NCBI RefSeq assembly: GCF_964355755.1 | Contig: NC_092680.1 | Location: forward strand, 20,469,045 to 20,533,044 | Direction of reading: 5' to 3' | Source: Antedon mediterranea | Taxonomy: Eukaryota; Animalia; Echinodermata | DNA length: 64,000 bases | In this document: positions 24,201 to 37,686 of the stretch, piece after piece | Layout of the letters: the number at the start of each line of letters is the position of its first letter | Numbering within the stretch: the stretch's first letter is position 1 | Notes under the pieces: model-generated | Seen by the model: only the letters and a program-made list of their open reading frames with translations | Told to the model about the DNA's origin: nothing | The model's database searches: none | Program-made: the position numbers and the translations under genes

Positions 24201-25264
24201 AGGCGTCTACTACTTAGGCCTCTACGCCTAGTTAGGCCCACTAGTCTAGAGGAGGCCTACCTAAAAAGTAAGTAAAACTGTTATGCGCGATTTGAACGAT
24301 TTGCGCAATTTGAAATTGCGCAAAAAAATCCTTGCGCAATTTGAAATTGCGCAAAGAATTCTTGCGCAATTTAAAATTGCGCAAGGATTTTTTTGCGCAA
24401 TTTCAAATTGCGCAATCAACTTGCGCAATTTCAAATTGCGCAAGAAAATCTTTGCGCAATTTTAAATTGCGCTGCACAATTTGTAAATTGCGCAAGATAG
24501 TTCTTGCGCAATATGACACCTTTGCGCAATTTGAAAACGAACTGTAAATTTTCCCATACATGGCTAGGCTAGGCCTAGGCAGAGGAGTTTAAAATTTAGA
24601 ATAAGACCATTTCAATGAAGATAATGTTAATACTCACTTTTTAAGTTTTTAATATTAGTTTAAGCTAGGCCATGTAACCTAGTCAGTATCAGTAGTCCAG
24701 ACCCTAGCTAGGCTAGAGTAGTATAGCCGGCCGCCCGCGCCGCGCCCGCCTGGTGGAATACCACCGCTTCGTTTTCCTTCGTCGGTTCTTCGACGGTATG
24801 CTAACTTATAACAATATTTGCACTACTAAAATAAGGAAATGCGATATTTATCTTTAATTTTGAATCATTCTTAGAAATTACTATAAAAATATGGGTGTGC
24901 ATGATTTCACAATCTGTCGAAAAACCTTGCGCAATTTGCAGATTACTTGCGCAATTTAATACGTTGCTTGCGCAATTTGAAACACATGTTTCAATTCAAA
25001 TTGCGCAAGGATTTTTTTTGCGCAATTTCAAATTGCGCAAATCGTTCAAATTGCGCATAACAAAACCACCACCACACTGACTCTACTAGTACTACTGCAG
25101 TGCACAGCATGCAGTGCATGAACTAAAAATAAGTCAGTAAAGTAGGCCTAGCCTAGCAGTAGCAGCTAGCTAGGCCTAGCTAGCTAAATACCTGCTGACA
25201 AAACACCAACAAACACAAATTTTCGTCTGTGCCTTCTAAAGAAATCTTTTAAGTAAGTGAACAT
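18253..25264 (-). CDS. PEX3: Peroxisomal biogenesis factor 3 (about 12 coding exons)
   Basis: Exons, internal coordinates approximate: 25264-25192 [25 protein letters not shown]; 23933-23802 [39 protein letters not shown]; 23481-23400 [10 protein letters not shown]; 23274-23231 [14 protein letters not shown]; 22647-22525 [32 protein letters not shown]; 21954-21880; 21484-21430; 20970-20882; 19922-19724 ..QETRDMIE; 19135-19013 [22 protein letters not shown]; 18686-18590 [15 protein letters not shown]; 18342-18253 [19 protein letters not shown]..stop. Matches recalled human PEX3 throughout; GT-AG junctions. Confidence 0.95.
18372..18640. repeat. 72-bp tandem repeat x4 spanning a PEX3 exon end and splice donor
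   Basis: ACCTGCACAAAG recurs at 18372, 18444, 18516 and 18588. Confidence 0.95.
19981..20876. repeat. 21-bp minisatellite (~42 units) filling a PEX3 intron
   Basis: Unit CAATTAGGTTATAATCACACA and variants; starts just after the GTATGT donor at 20881 (minus strand). Confidence 0.97.
24012..24078 (+). mobile_element. L2-type SINE/LINE 3' tail fragment
   Basis: CAGCGCTTAGAGG...GGCGCTATATAAAT..(ATT)n. Near-identical copy at ~39131-39200 and a related tail at ~28833-28895. Confidence 0.55.
24279..25062. mobile_element. Non-autonomous Ginger-like foldback element in PEX3 intron 1
   Basis: TGTTATGCGC..TTTGAACGATTTGCGCAATTTGAAATTGCGC / GCGCAATTTCAAATTGCGCAAATCGTTCAAATTGCGCATAACA. TGT...ACA termini with a 4-bp TSD AAAC (24275-24278 / 25063-25066). 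Confidence 0.7.
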
Positions 25265-25500
25265 TTTGAACCATCTTTTTAAAGTTTATAATGCATTATA
25301 GCAAAGTTGGACACATTATACACGCTGTTTTTCCTTTTTGACCTTTCACCTGTCAGAGAGAGGTCATTCAAGCAAGTGTCAGTCATGTGATGATTTATTT
25401 TTCACAAGAAAAACACACACAATACACACTCTTCATCAGCAGCGGATTAGTTCTGTTTGGCGAGATTGTGACTAGCCTAGCATCTACTAGGTAGGGCCAA
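25265..25500. promoter_or_regulatory. Putative bidirectional promoter for PEX3 and the syntaxin gene
   Basis: Immediately upstream of the PEX3 ATG. The syntaxin ATG is preceded by a splice acceptor (TTTTTTCAG at ~28089), which requires a non-coding first exon; candidate donors lie near 25491-25575. E-box-like GTCATGTGA at ~25382. Confidence 0.45.
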
Positions 25501-25893
25501 GGTACACTGAGTTGGTGATATAAAGTTTCGAACTAAACCGATAATTGTATAACTTTAGTTCTGTAGGCCTAGGTAAATATTTAGTTGGCTAGCTAGCTGA
25601 AAGCGACCAGCCAATCTAAAAACTATAAACGGCCCGCCACAAACGGGACATCCGCCGCCATCACGAAGGCTACGTACCTGTGTGGGCCTACCTAGGCTAG
25701 AAAAATATATTAGGCCTACGGCAATTGTAATTATATAATTATTCTATTAAATAAAATACAAAGGAAGGTAGTAAAACATTTATTCATGACAAATCCATGT
25801 TTTCATAGATTTTCAAAGATTGCTAACTTTACAATCACCATAATAATAGTTAGTAGTACTACTGTAGGGTAGGCCTAGCTAGGCCTACTAGGC

Positions 25894-27902
25894 GGGATCC
25901 AGTCAAGTCGCCCCATCGCAAAGTCGCCCCATACAAAGTCGCCCCATACAAAGTCGCCCCATCGCAAAGTCGCCCCAAAACAAAGTCGCCCCGGCACAGT
26001 CGCCCCATCGCAAAGTCGCCCCATTACAAAGTCGCCCCATCGCAAATTCGCCCCATCGCAAAGTCGCCCCATCGCAAAGTCGCCCCATCGCAAAGTCGCC
26101 CACGGTTTTAATCATATTGGTTGCGTTTGATATCGATTGCGTTGTTACTTTGGTCGCGCTAATGTCGTATAGGCCTACAGTATAATGTTTATCCTATCAT
26201 AATTTGTGTTTTAATTTTTATTTTACAGGTTTTAATGGAGTGATGTGCTTTTTAAAAATCATTAAAAAAATAGTCCCTTGTTTGAAAGTTCTAAAAAGAT
26301 TATCCCTGATTTATATATAGTTTCGAAAATGTTAATTTAATATGATTTTAAAATTAGTTACCAGAGCCACAATTACGAATCTTTCTTCAACCTACGCGTG
26401 GATACCAGCTAATTTTTTAGGATAATATAATAAATGTATAAATGTGTAGTAGCCTAGGCCTTCCTATAGATTTACAGTAGTTAAAACAATAACAGTGTTG
26501 TAAGACAATGAGTGTTATAGGCTACTTATTGATCATTTTGCATTTATTGACAAGTTAGGCTATGTGTCTTAATTTTATAATGACTTTTCAAAATAAAGAA
26601 ATAAAAAAAAAAGGATTTCATCGCCAATATGATTGTTTTACATGCAGGTATTTTAGTAAAATTAAAACGCTACATTTTGACCATGGAAAAACCATCGTAC
26701 AGTATCGTGTGCGTGTTTTTTAAAAAGGGGAATCCCCGACGGTCAGCACAGAAAGACGGCGCAGCTCCGATTGGTTTCAGAGAATGTTTCAGATGGCGAG
26801 TCGCCTTTTATTCAACAGCACAATGATCATTTTACTGAAGAAATTCTTTTCAACCCTTTTGGTTAGGCCTAGAACATTCTAATTATCATGCCTAATAAAT
26901 ATCCTCATATCGGGTATTTATTTAATTTTAAATTAAACAAGACCGTGAAGAGGCACGGAATAATACGTACGTACACGGACGTACGACGAATACACACACG
27001 CACGTCATCATTTACAACATATAGTGGTGATATGATGCAATTTTATAATGGATATAATGATGGGATTGCCTTTCCAGGCTTACAATCAATGTTTATTACG
27101 TAATACTATGTATATAATAGTAAACTGAATGTTTATAAATAAATTGTTTTACGTAATTTGTTGCATATAAAATAAAAGACACAGACGTAGCCTACGTTTC
27201 CTATAAAATATTTCACATTTAAATAATTATGTACTGTTAAATGACATTAATATGCTGGATAATATTATAATCTTAAACTATGTTTACAAATTATTAATAT
27301 AGGCCTAATAATAATAATACATATTCATCGACCAAAGTAAAAATAATCTAGATCGTATAACATCATTTTATCGCGACCAAATTTAAACGCGACCGATTTC
27401 GAACGCGACTGATATCATCGTAAAACTCCGGCGGGGTTTCCCCATCTTCAGATGGTGCGTTGTAGCGCGGCAACGGCGGAGTAATTACGGGGGTTTCCCC
27501 CTGGTAAGCTAGCACGAGTGCGACCGCGGAGTGATTAGTCGGGGGCTTCCTCTCTGATATGGGGGTGCGTGCCGATCGTGTGACCTGAGACTACATGATG
27601 GAGGGGCTTCCCCTTTTTATGCCTACACGTTCCGTGTTATTTTGTGTATCATTGCGACATTTTACGCACTTGTAAACTATTTTTTGACGTTTTGGGGCGA
27701 CTTTGCGATAGGGCGACTTTGTGATGGGGCGACTTTGCGATGGTGCGACTTTGCGTTGGGGCGACTTTGCGATGGGGCGACTTTGCGATGGGGCGACTGT
27801 GTCGGGGCGACTTTGTTTTGGGGCGACTTTGCGATGGGGCGACTGTGTAATGGGCGACTTTGTATGGGGCGACTTTGCGATGGGGCGACTTGACTAGCAT
27901 CC
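25894..27902. mobile_element. Non-autonomous MULE/Foldback-like element with tandem-repeat TIRs
   Basis: Left arm (AAAGTCGCCCCATCGC)n at 25894-26101; right arm is its reverse complement at 27693-27902. TSD (C)TACTAGGC of 8-9 bp (25885-25893 / 27902-27910). Confidence 0.85.
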
Positions 27903-28091
27903 TACTAGGCTAGGCCTAGTTCATTCCATTCCATATTCCAAATATGGTAGTGATATGCCCAAATATGGTGTGATGATATGACAACATCATCATGTCCATA
28001 TATGGGCCCATCACATTTTTTCGTCACATAATAAAGTTTTACAGTGTAGTAGACAAAGCTTAAGGAGTAACAATGCTTCTTTTTTTCAGAA

Positions 28092-31000
28092 ATGTCGAGG
28101 CAAGGCGATTTTGGTTATGGTGCTTTTGGGGGAAGTAGAAACCAGTTTAGTGAAGATGGTACAGTACAGTTAACCTTTTTGAAATATGTACAGGATTTTG
28201 ATGAATTATATAATTATTTAATTATTATGATAGTAAATTTTCTCTTGCCTTGAGTTGGTATCATGTTTAAAAAAAAAGGCCAATAGTACAGTAAATCAAC
28301 AAAGTTAGTCTTTTTGAATTTTTTTTAATGAAAGTTTTACTTTTATAATTATAATTATGTAGGTGGAAGCGAATTTGCATCAATTGTAAAACAAGTCAGC
28401 GATGGGATTTTCAAAATTAATAATAGTGGTAAGTAGTTTTAAATAAATCATTTTTATTTTATTTTTTTTCTGCTTTGCATGACATCATAGACTTGCCCCA
28501 AGTCTGTAGTTATTTCGAGGCTTTTCGATGTTGTCTGAAATACAGTTTCAAGCTTAAGTAGTATACGTATGGAATACCATAATATGTGCCAAAATATTCA
28601 TCTATTTACTAATATTAAGTCAAAACTTCGTCTGGAACCCAGACTACATGACATCACTGAAAATGTGTGAGATTTTGTTTCCGTACTATAGTCAACTCTC
28701 CCAATCCCAGACACCCTTGGGCTGACGGTAAACGGAAGCAGTGAGGTGGGTTCGATTGGTCTCCTTTTTTTTTCCGTTTTGCAAAATTTTGTTTTGTTTT
28801 AGTTTCATGGTTGCATTTCTCATGGTTTTCACAAGCGCCTTGAGCACTTTGTGGATATGTGCGCTCTATAAATCTTATTATTATTATTATTATATTACGG
28901 TACATCAGTAGTGACAGCGTTCATAAAACCACTGGAGTACTGTAGTGGAATTTTACTACAACATATTTCATGCATTAAATATATATAAAACATAATTTGG
29001 TGAAGAATATTTGCTTTTTTATTGGACACCATTCAATTTTTTATACAATTATTTCTCTTACTATATAAAATCCTAAACTGTATTATTTAAAACTGATTCT
29101 ACAATATATAGATCTGTATTATTATAGAAAACAAAGAATGTACAAACTATTAAATAATGTTTATAGTGTAAATAATACAAAGCAGACTGCAGGTCTTAAT
29201 CTACCAGCATAGTTTATCAAAATATGGTTTGCCACTGTACCAATCCAATATGTGCTGACAAATACTTTATTACTATGTTATATTACTGGTATTTATCACT
29301 ACACAGTGGCAAATCCAGGATTTTGAAATAGGGAGGGGGTGGTGGGATGGGGGCTAAAATGGGGAAATGAAGGGCTGACCTTAATTTGATATCCTATCTT
29401 TTACATTACAATTTAGGAAATCTATGGGCGGGTGGTGTGCATAGAATCATTTAAGTTTAATTGGAATAAATATTTTGTTTAAACTTTAGAGTTATTTAAG
29501 AATTTTTGATATCATTTGATGGTTAAAATGATTTTTCATTACATTTATTTTTGCCTCAAATACATAAAAATAATACAATATATTACATGAACAAGGAACA
29601 AGACAAAAATTAGAAACACAAATTCAAGCAGGCAGAGACAGGATGCTCAAAAAGCTAATTACTATCTAGTAGTAGATCTCCTATTGCACTCATATTTAAT
29701 TTCTTATATTTTTTAGTATCACAACTTGAAAAATCAGTTCGTCAAATTGGAACTCCTGATGATTCTTTGGCAGTCAGAGATCGAATGTAAACATTTTTTT
29801 AAACTTTATATTATAATACTGACTTTTTTTATGTTCACCCCACACCCATATTTTGAATATTTATTTAAAGAACATCTTTCATGTGGGAAAATCGCTAACA
29901 TCATCTAAAGCTGATTTTCCACTAGAGAAATTTGTTCATATGATTTGAAAGCACCAGCTTATATACATAAATATTTATGTTTCAATCTTCCAAATTCCTC
30001 CCTACAAATGCATTATTATAAGCTGGCTCTTTCGATTCGCGCAAACAAACTCGCCTAGTCGAAAATCGGCTTTAGCCCACCTTTAATTAAGATGGGACCT
30101 TCAACCTCTACCATCCAACTTATTAAACAGAGAACCCCCCTATCCACCCACAACACATAATGAGAGTATTTAAATAATTAAAGTACTTTAATAATTGCAA
30201 TAATGTTTGCATTTTGAAGAGAATGTATGTATACTGTATATAAATGAAAGTTGTTTTTGTTTTACAGACAAAATACTCTTGTAGGGACAAAGACAGTTGT
30301 AACAAAAACAACTGTAAATTTAAGTAATCTTAAGAAAATATCAACAACAGCTTCAAAGGTAAGAACAATATGCACTACCAGACCTACCAACTCTCCAATT
30401 AATTTTAGGAATCTGCCGATATCTTTTGACATCTCCTGCTCTCCCACTAAAATACAATTTATTCCATTTTTTTGAAAAACAAAAAGAACAACCCCATAAT
30501 GTATAAACAATTTTCTACTACAACTACTAGGCTCTAAATAGACCATTTTTGGCCTTTATTCCAATATTTTAATTTTTTTAATAGCACCCTCTATGGTTTC
30601 ATATATCTTTCAAAATGTTATAGCACCCTCTATAGTTTAAAAATCATTTTATAAGTCCTCCCAATATTTCATTTTTTTAAGTTTGTAGGTCTGCATTTCA
30701 TAATTTAAATATTTCAAAACTGAAGTATTTCAATTAATAAAAAAGAAAATAATAATGTTTAATACTTTTTTTTTCTTTCAATTGACCATAAAAGGATGCG
30801 AAGGTATCATTTATAATAGTTTTTAAGTATTTTTTAATGTGCTTATTGAGTGTTGAAAAATTGAAACTAAAGCTCTGTCTACACTACAAAAAAAATGTAA
30901 TGTTCCCAAATATGGTAGTGATATGCTCAAATATGGTAGTGATATGACATCATGTCCATATATGGGCACATCACATAACGTTTGATAGTGTAGGGAGAGC

Positions 31001-34000
31001 TTGCTGCATGTTAACAATTTCATCTGTACTATTATTTTAACTCACTGGATTTACTTTCAATTGAGATGTCTTATTTTTAGTTAGTAAATTTAATTTAACC
31101 CTCCATTGTCTGTACGGTAATTAATATAATATCTTTTTTTTTACACTAAAAACAAAATAATAACTTTACCATTTTATCTAATGGTGCAAACACTATTAAT
31201 TTGTATCTAATTTAATTGAATTACTAATTACAGATAAAAATGTCTCTGTATTGCAGTATTTTTAATTGAATTATTTTATTTTGTTGATTTTTATGTATTT
31301 TTCACAGTTGGTGATTTTAATTAATGTCAATTAACACTTTATGTTTTAATAATTAAGTGAAATGTGTGCACATTTTATTCCACATATCCAATGCTTAGAA
31401 TAGAAGCTGTTCTAACATATTTTTACAGTGTCTACACAAAGTACCCACTAAACTATACCTTGGACGAATTGCCAGGGGAAGGGGATGGGTGCATATTTTT
31501 GTTTAACTTGGTTAATTTCAGGTTGTAAGGCTCTGTCTACACTATAAAATTAGTTTGACAAAAAAATTTGATGTGCTCAATTATGGTGGTGATATGCCCA
31601 AATATGGTAGTGATATGACATCATCATGTCCATATGAGCACATCACATTTTTTTGGTCACATAAAGTGTAGACAAAGCTTCAATCAACCAAGCCACTATG
31701 CCTCATGTTCGATTGATAAAAACAAGCATTTATCGTTTCTTTCAGCCTCAACGGTTACAATGTGACAGACTTGCAAATGATTTTTCCGAAACAGTTAAAC
31801 GATATGGAGAAGTTCAAAAGGTTAGTACAGTAAATAGTTAATGTAAATAATTATTCAAACAAAAAAGTAAACAAATTCTCAAAAAGAGAAAATTATTTTT
31901 GCTTAAAAATGTAGATATCAAAATATAAAAAAAAAATTAACATTCATATTATCAATCAAATTATATTTTACAAATAAATATAGTATTATGTAAACAGCAT
32001 TGACTCTTAAAAATAAATAAATCTAGGTGATCTATTAAAGATAAAATTATTTTTAATAAATAAAGAACTGACCAACATGCCTTAATTTGAAATATGTAGT
32101 GAGTACATTGAGAACACTTACAAATTCAATTCTCAGGTGGGACTCGAACCTACGTCCTCCAGAATACTAGCCTGGTGTTCATACTTCATATTTAAATTTG
32201 ATCCTAATGCAGCCGTTTTCTGCCAACGCAAGAAATTTCATTTCTGTCATGACAATTAATGAAGAAAAAATAATAATACACTGGATATAAAAAAAAAACA
32301 CATTGTTAAATCTGGAATTATAAGCAAGGTTATCTTTGTTTTATGATGACGGTATGACTCATTTAAAATTGCTTTTTAAATAAATATTCACACTTCTTTT
32401 TATTATTGTAATAATAGAGTAATTTAACATGTGTAGTTCAAAGCTTTAATTGAAATTTAAAATGCACATAAATTTGAATAAAAACAACTTTGAGAATGGA
32501 ATATTGTTGGTGGAATATTGTTGGTTGAATAGATGGAAAAACAAGATTAAAATTGGTTGAATTTGATTCAATAAATGAAAAAGAAATTCTTAATATGAAA
32601 ATCTGAAAAATGGAGCACATGGTTATATGATATTTATTTCAACTTTGTAAATCTACACTATCAAACTAGTGCCCAAATATGGTAGTGATATGCCCAAATA
32701 TAGTAGTGATGACATGTCCATATACTGTAGGCATTTTTTTTTGTCACATCAAATTTGAAAGTGTAGACAGAGTTTTACACAACCAAGTGTGTCCTTGCCA
32801 TCTGATTGGTTGATTTCATATGCCATGCATTATTTTCTCCCATACAACAAAGAGGTACTATTGCTCAGTTTTTTGTAAGCATTTTGAGAATTTTGTTTGA
32901 CGTGGTTGGCTGGTGAATAATGAGTGATCCAAATCAAACTTGTAGTGTGTGCTGGCTATAACTGCTCCGTACTCATCTGCTAAAACTAAGCCGCATCCTT
33001 TTATCAGGCCTAGCCTTTGACATATGGTTTAAGATGTAAACAGTGAGTAAATTTACTTTAGAACAGTAGGTGTGTTATAAAACAAATAATGAATGTTTTG
33101 TATCGATTTAATGTAAAAAATTAGTATTTTTATTTGTTGAAAGGCCATCTCAACCGACAATGTTTTAACAAATATTTTGCAAATTCAGCTCAAAAACATT
33201 CATTATTTGTATAACTATGATACGATTGTAGGTGTTTAATTAATTATTAGTTTGCAGTTATTATATATTTCATGTTTTTTTTTTGTCTTCAGAAAATCAT
33301 GGCCAAAATGAGGTCCTGTCCAACACTTCCAAAACCTAACATTGTAAGTCATAGCAATACTTTTTTTTTCATTTAATTAATCACTATCCTTCTTAAAGGT
33401 AGCCATCCTGTTTACAAGACAAACATTTATTAAGATATATTTAAAAGAAAATATACACAAGTTAAACTGGATGGTGGTTCTATAAAATATTTATAATAAT
33501 TTATGCCAGTTGATTTGTTTGTGCATTGTACATATTTGTCAACTAATAACATTGCTAATTTAAATTCTGACCTGTTCTCAGAAGGAATAAAATGGTGCCA
33601 CTACAAAAAGCTCCATAGATTTAAGTATAACATTTTGGGGCATATAAAATGATGGCTTATATTAAATATGGTATTTTTATTATATATTTTTTGTATTTTT
33701 ATTTAGCCTGAAGAATATTCAGATGAGAATTCATCATTAATGGCCGATAACCGACGACAAGAACAACATGCACAGCTTCAACAACAAGAAGCAATCATAG
33801 ATTTTGACAATGCAATAATTGAAGAAAGAGAAGAACGTATCCGCCAAATTGAGGTATGTAGCTGACCATTTACTGCATGGTTGCAAGTTATATACAGGCC
33901 AATTAAATTTATATTTATATGAACTAGATGTGAATATTCATAGTGGAAAAGTCTTCTCAGACAAAAATTTTAACTATAGGCCTAGTATAAAGAACACAGA

Positions 34001-35121
34001 AAATGATCAAAATGCATCCAAAACCCAACAAATTGGATTGCACTTTGACCCTAATCCACAAGATTTTTCCACTTAGCACATCACTGCCAAAAATATTTAT
34101 CTGCTACCTAGAATTTTTGTTTACACTATCGAACTTGTATGACAAAAAAAATGTGTGATATGCCCTAATATGGTAGTTATATGACATCATCATGTCCATA
34201 ATGGGCACATCACATTTTGTTGACACATAAAGTTTGATAGTGTAGACAGCGCTTAAGACTTTTAAATACTTTTTTATCTTGGAAACAATCATTACAATTT
34301 TTAATTTGTTTCCCAGGGTGCAATGCTAGATGTGAATGAAATTTTCCGAGATTTAAGTGCTATTGTGTCTGAACAAGGAGAGATGATTGGTACGTACCTT
34401 TTGTGAAATTTACATAAATAAATTAGGACTTATTTTAGGAATATATATATTATGTTATTCACACACAGGCCTATACACATACTTGCTAAAAATTGCACAG
34501 AGTGGCAAACATGTGTGATATGTGCGATGTTTAAACATAATGAAAGAGATTATATTAAAGTGTTATTTTGTTTTCTACCTAGACTCCATAGAAGCAAATG
34601 TTGACCATGCTGATACCAATGTAGAGTCTGGAAATGAACAACTAATCACTGCTAGTAAATACCAGGTATGTGTAGAGTAGTTTCGTTTCACCACCATAGG
34701 AACATACTGTAGGGCCACTGTTGTGGTTTCTGTAACAAAGTGATTGAACTGGTAGGGTAGTTTGCCCAACTCAGTGGTAAACGACAAGGACTGAAATGCA
34801 CCAGAACACTGAGGTAACCCACTACTCTTTCCAAAAGATGCACTGGGTTCTAGCCAGATGTGTACATTGGACCTTCATTTCTTCTAAAAGACTTAAACAG
34901 GCTAAATTTATAACCAGGTCATACAATGTCACACAAAAGGTCAATTTAGAATAAAATGATTCTGTATTACTGTATATTGGTTCCAGCACACCATACTGTT
35001 TAATTCAAATATCTTCTTTTTTTTACAGAAAAAGGCCAGGAAGAAAATGTGTTGTATATTCATTATCCTAATTGTGGTTGCTGGTATTTTGGCGTTGATA
35101 CTTTATTTAAGTTTAAAATAA
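28092..35121 (+). CDS. Syntaxin-7/12-like endosomal Qa-SNARE (10 coding exons)
   Basis: Exons, approximate starts: 28092 MSRQGDFGYG; 28363 EFASIVKQVSDGIFKINNS; 29718 VSQLEKSVRQIGTPDDSLAVRDRI; 30268; 31746 QRLQCDRLANDFSETVKRYGEVQK; 33293; 33707 ..IIEEREERIRQIE; 34317 GAMLDVNEIFRDLSAIVSEQGEMI; 34583 DSIEANVDHADTNVESGNEQLITASKYQ; 35029-35121 KKARKKMCCIFIILIVVAGILALILYLSLK*. Habc, SNARE and C-terminal TM are present; STX7, STX12 and TSNARE1 cannot be distinguished by eye. Confidence 0.92.
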
Positions 35122-37686
35122 TATTTGAATGTTATTTGAAGATCAACTCCAGGTGTAAAATTGTTACTATTTATTACAATTACGACCACATTCCTTTGTA
35201 CACATTTATAAATTGAAATCTTTTGAACACCAGTTTAAGAATTTAATATTATTCCGATGTGAGTGTGTTAATGATGGCCACTTTTACCAATGCAAATGTT
35301 TATTTTTATGAAAATTTCTCAAATTCGTATACAGTTCTAGACCAAATTATAAACATATAAATGTTATCAATAGCTACGATCCATGTTCTGCTTCACTGCA
35401 CATCGAATAAAAAGCATTGTGTTTTTATTAATGTGGTCAAGATTACTATATTTTATATTAACAATATTAAACCTGGAATTTCTCTTTAGTGAGAAGCTGT
35501 TAATAATTATTAATATACGAAGTCAATAGGTGTATTATATATGCTTGCGGGATTATGCAAACATGATTTGAAGAGGGCGCTTTATTACGTTTCGTCACTT
35601 AGGGAGATATTATATGTAAGATTTTATGTTTTGTAATTTTGTATCTAGATAAATTTATTATATGAAGCAAAGTGGGATACTTTTATAAAGGATTTAGTAA
35701 TAATGAATAAAAATCATTTAAATATGGAGTTTTTTGTTGGTACTTGAATGAATCTCACATCAGGCATAATAATGATACTGTGATTGATAAAATAAATGAA
35801 TTTTAAAGCACAAAACAAATTTTACACTTAAGAAAAAAATAAAATTGCTTGTTTAGTATCTCAATTCAAACTATGTGGCTTTCATTTTTTCGGAGTAAAG
35901 AGATATTTTAAATATGTATCTTAGATAATTGTAAAACCGGTTTTAATTGATTTTCCTCGGACCGATGAGGCATACAGTATATCAACCTTGTCAAAAGCAT
36001 GGTTATTGTGTATTTTCAGTATACAGTACATCAGTCTAATGTACATGTATGTATAGAGATAGTATGAGGAAAAACTTGTGGAAATAGAGGGAAACAAGAT
36101 AGCATATAGACACTTCTAAATATGTTTATGTGAAGCATTGTTAATATTTACCAATCAGTTTTTTTTAAACTTTAACAGTTTAAATGATTTCAAAGTTTAC
36201 CTCAACATTTACATTGGTCATGTGATCTTTGATGAATAACACCTTGTAATAAGTTTTTTTTTTTGTTCAAAATGTGTTTATATAATGTGAAAACAACATT
36301 AGTCTCAAACAAATATTTATAAAATATTTTTCTGTTGCAAATTCAATCAGTATAATTTTATAATGTAAGAAAGTGTTTATGTGTAAATTGTGTAAAAATG
36401 TGAAATGGACAAAATTATACCCTACTACAGTATACGACCTAATGGCCAATTTACACAGATGAGCGGTAACGGTAATAAAAACATATAGAATCTATGTTAT
36501 TCCTATGATCATCTACACAAAGCACGGAGTGGACGGGCGGTTTCTTCTGAGGATAGAGATTCTACGTGAAGCAAGGTAGTACGTGGGTTCCGCTTACCGC
36601 CCTTCTGTGCAAATTTTCCTTAACACTTTCCCCAATGTTTTAAATATATTTAATTGTATACATTATACTATACTTTTATAATTTTAATTCTTCAAGGAAT
36701 AAAATAAAGCTAACAATCATTAATTTGTTTTTTTATTTATAAAATAGTTCATTGTATGTTCTGACATTACAGTAGTAGGCCTAGCTACTGCTTGGACTGT
36801 ACAAGATTTTATGATTAATAAAAAAGACATGCGTTTCTGGTGCACATTACATATTCTCCACGGTTATTTTTTTAAACAAAAAAACAGATTCGTTTGTTGA
36901 AATGGAAGAAATTAATGCATGACATGTGAAATGAAATTAACCAATCAAATGACAAGGATACGCTTTAGTTTCATGCACTAATGGTTCATGTATGTTGACA
37001 GCAGCAAACAAATTCAATGAACTCTCTATACATATTACATAATATTAGTATACAACTGTATATAAAAATATTAGAATAAAATTCATCAATTATTGTTAAA
37101 TTAATAAAAACACCGTATTAAAATTATGCCTGGAATATTTGACGTAACTAAATATAGCAACCACCCTAACCTACAAATCACAGTTTGTGAATTCTTTGCA
37201 TAAAAAGCACCTATAATCTGGTAAGGTTAGTTTTTACTTTAAAAGTAGCACAGAGTATGTGTCCAGTTATATTCCAGTTCATTGCATAAAGCAAACTTTA
37301 TGCGACAAAAAAATGAGATGTGCTCATATATTGACATGATGATGTCATATCACTACCATATTTTGGCATATTACTACCATATTTGGGCACATCACATTTG
37401 AAGTTTGATAGTGTGGACAGAGCAGAGCTTAAGGCATGTTTACACAGAGCAGCGTCCAAGCCATTTACAATCTGATATTTCTATGGTTAGAACTAAACCT
37501 GATCACTTTCTTATACACATTTTGCTTTTATTGACATGTCTTCTCATCAATGTGAAGTCAGCATTGTGCACAGCCTAGACCGAATCGCATTCATACATAT
37601 GTAAGTATGGCTGTATGGCCATCAGCAGGTTTATCCACTCATCTATGGCCACATTTCTTCTGATTCCCATCACCATATTTGGACAT

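Noticed and set aside
24261-25080. LRNLKLRK / AQFEIAQ ORFs
   Set aside because: These are translations of TTGCGCAA palindromic repeats in the Ginger-like element.
25875-27900. WGDFAMGRLCDGAT repeat ORFs
   Set aside because: These are translations of the 16-bp tandem units in the transposon's inverted arms.
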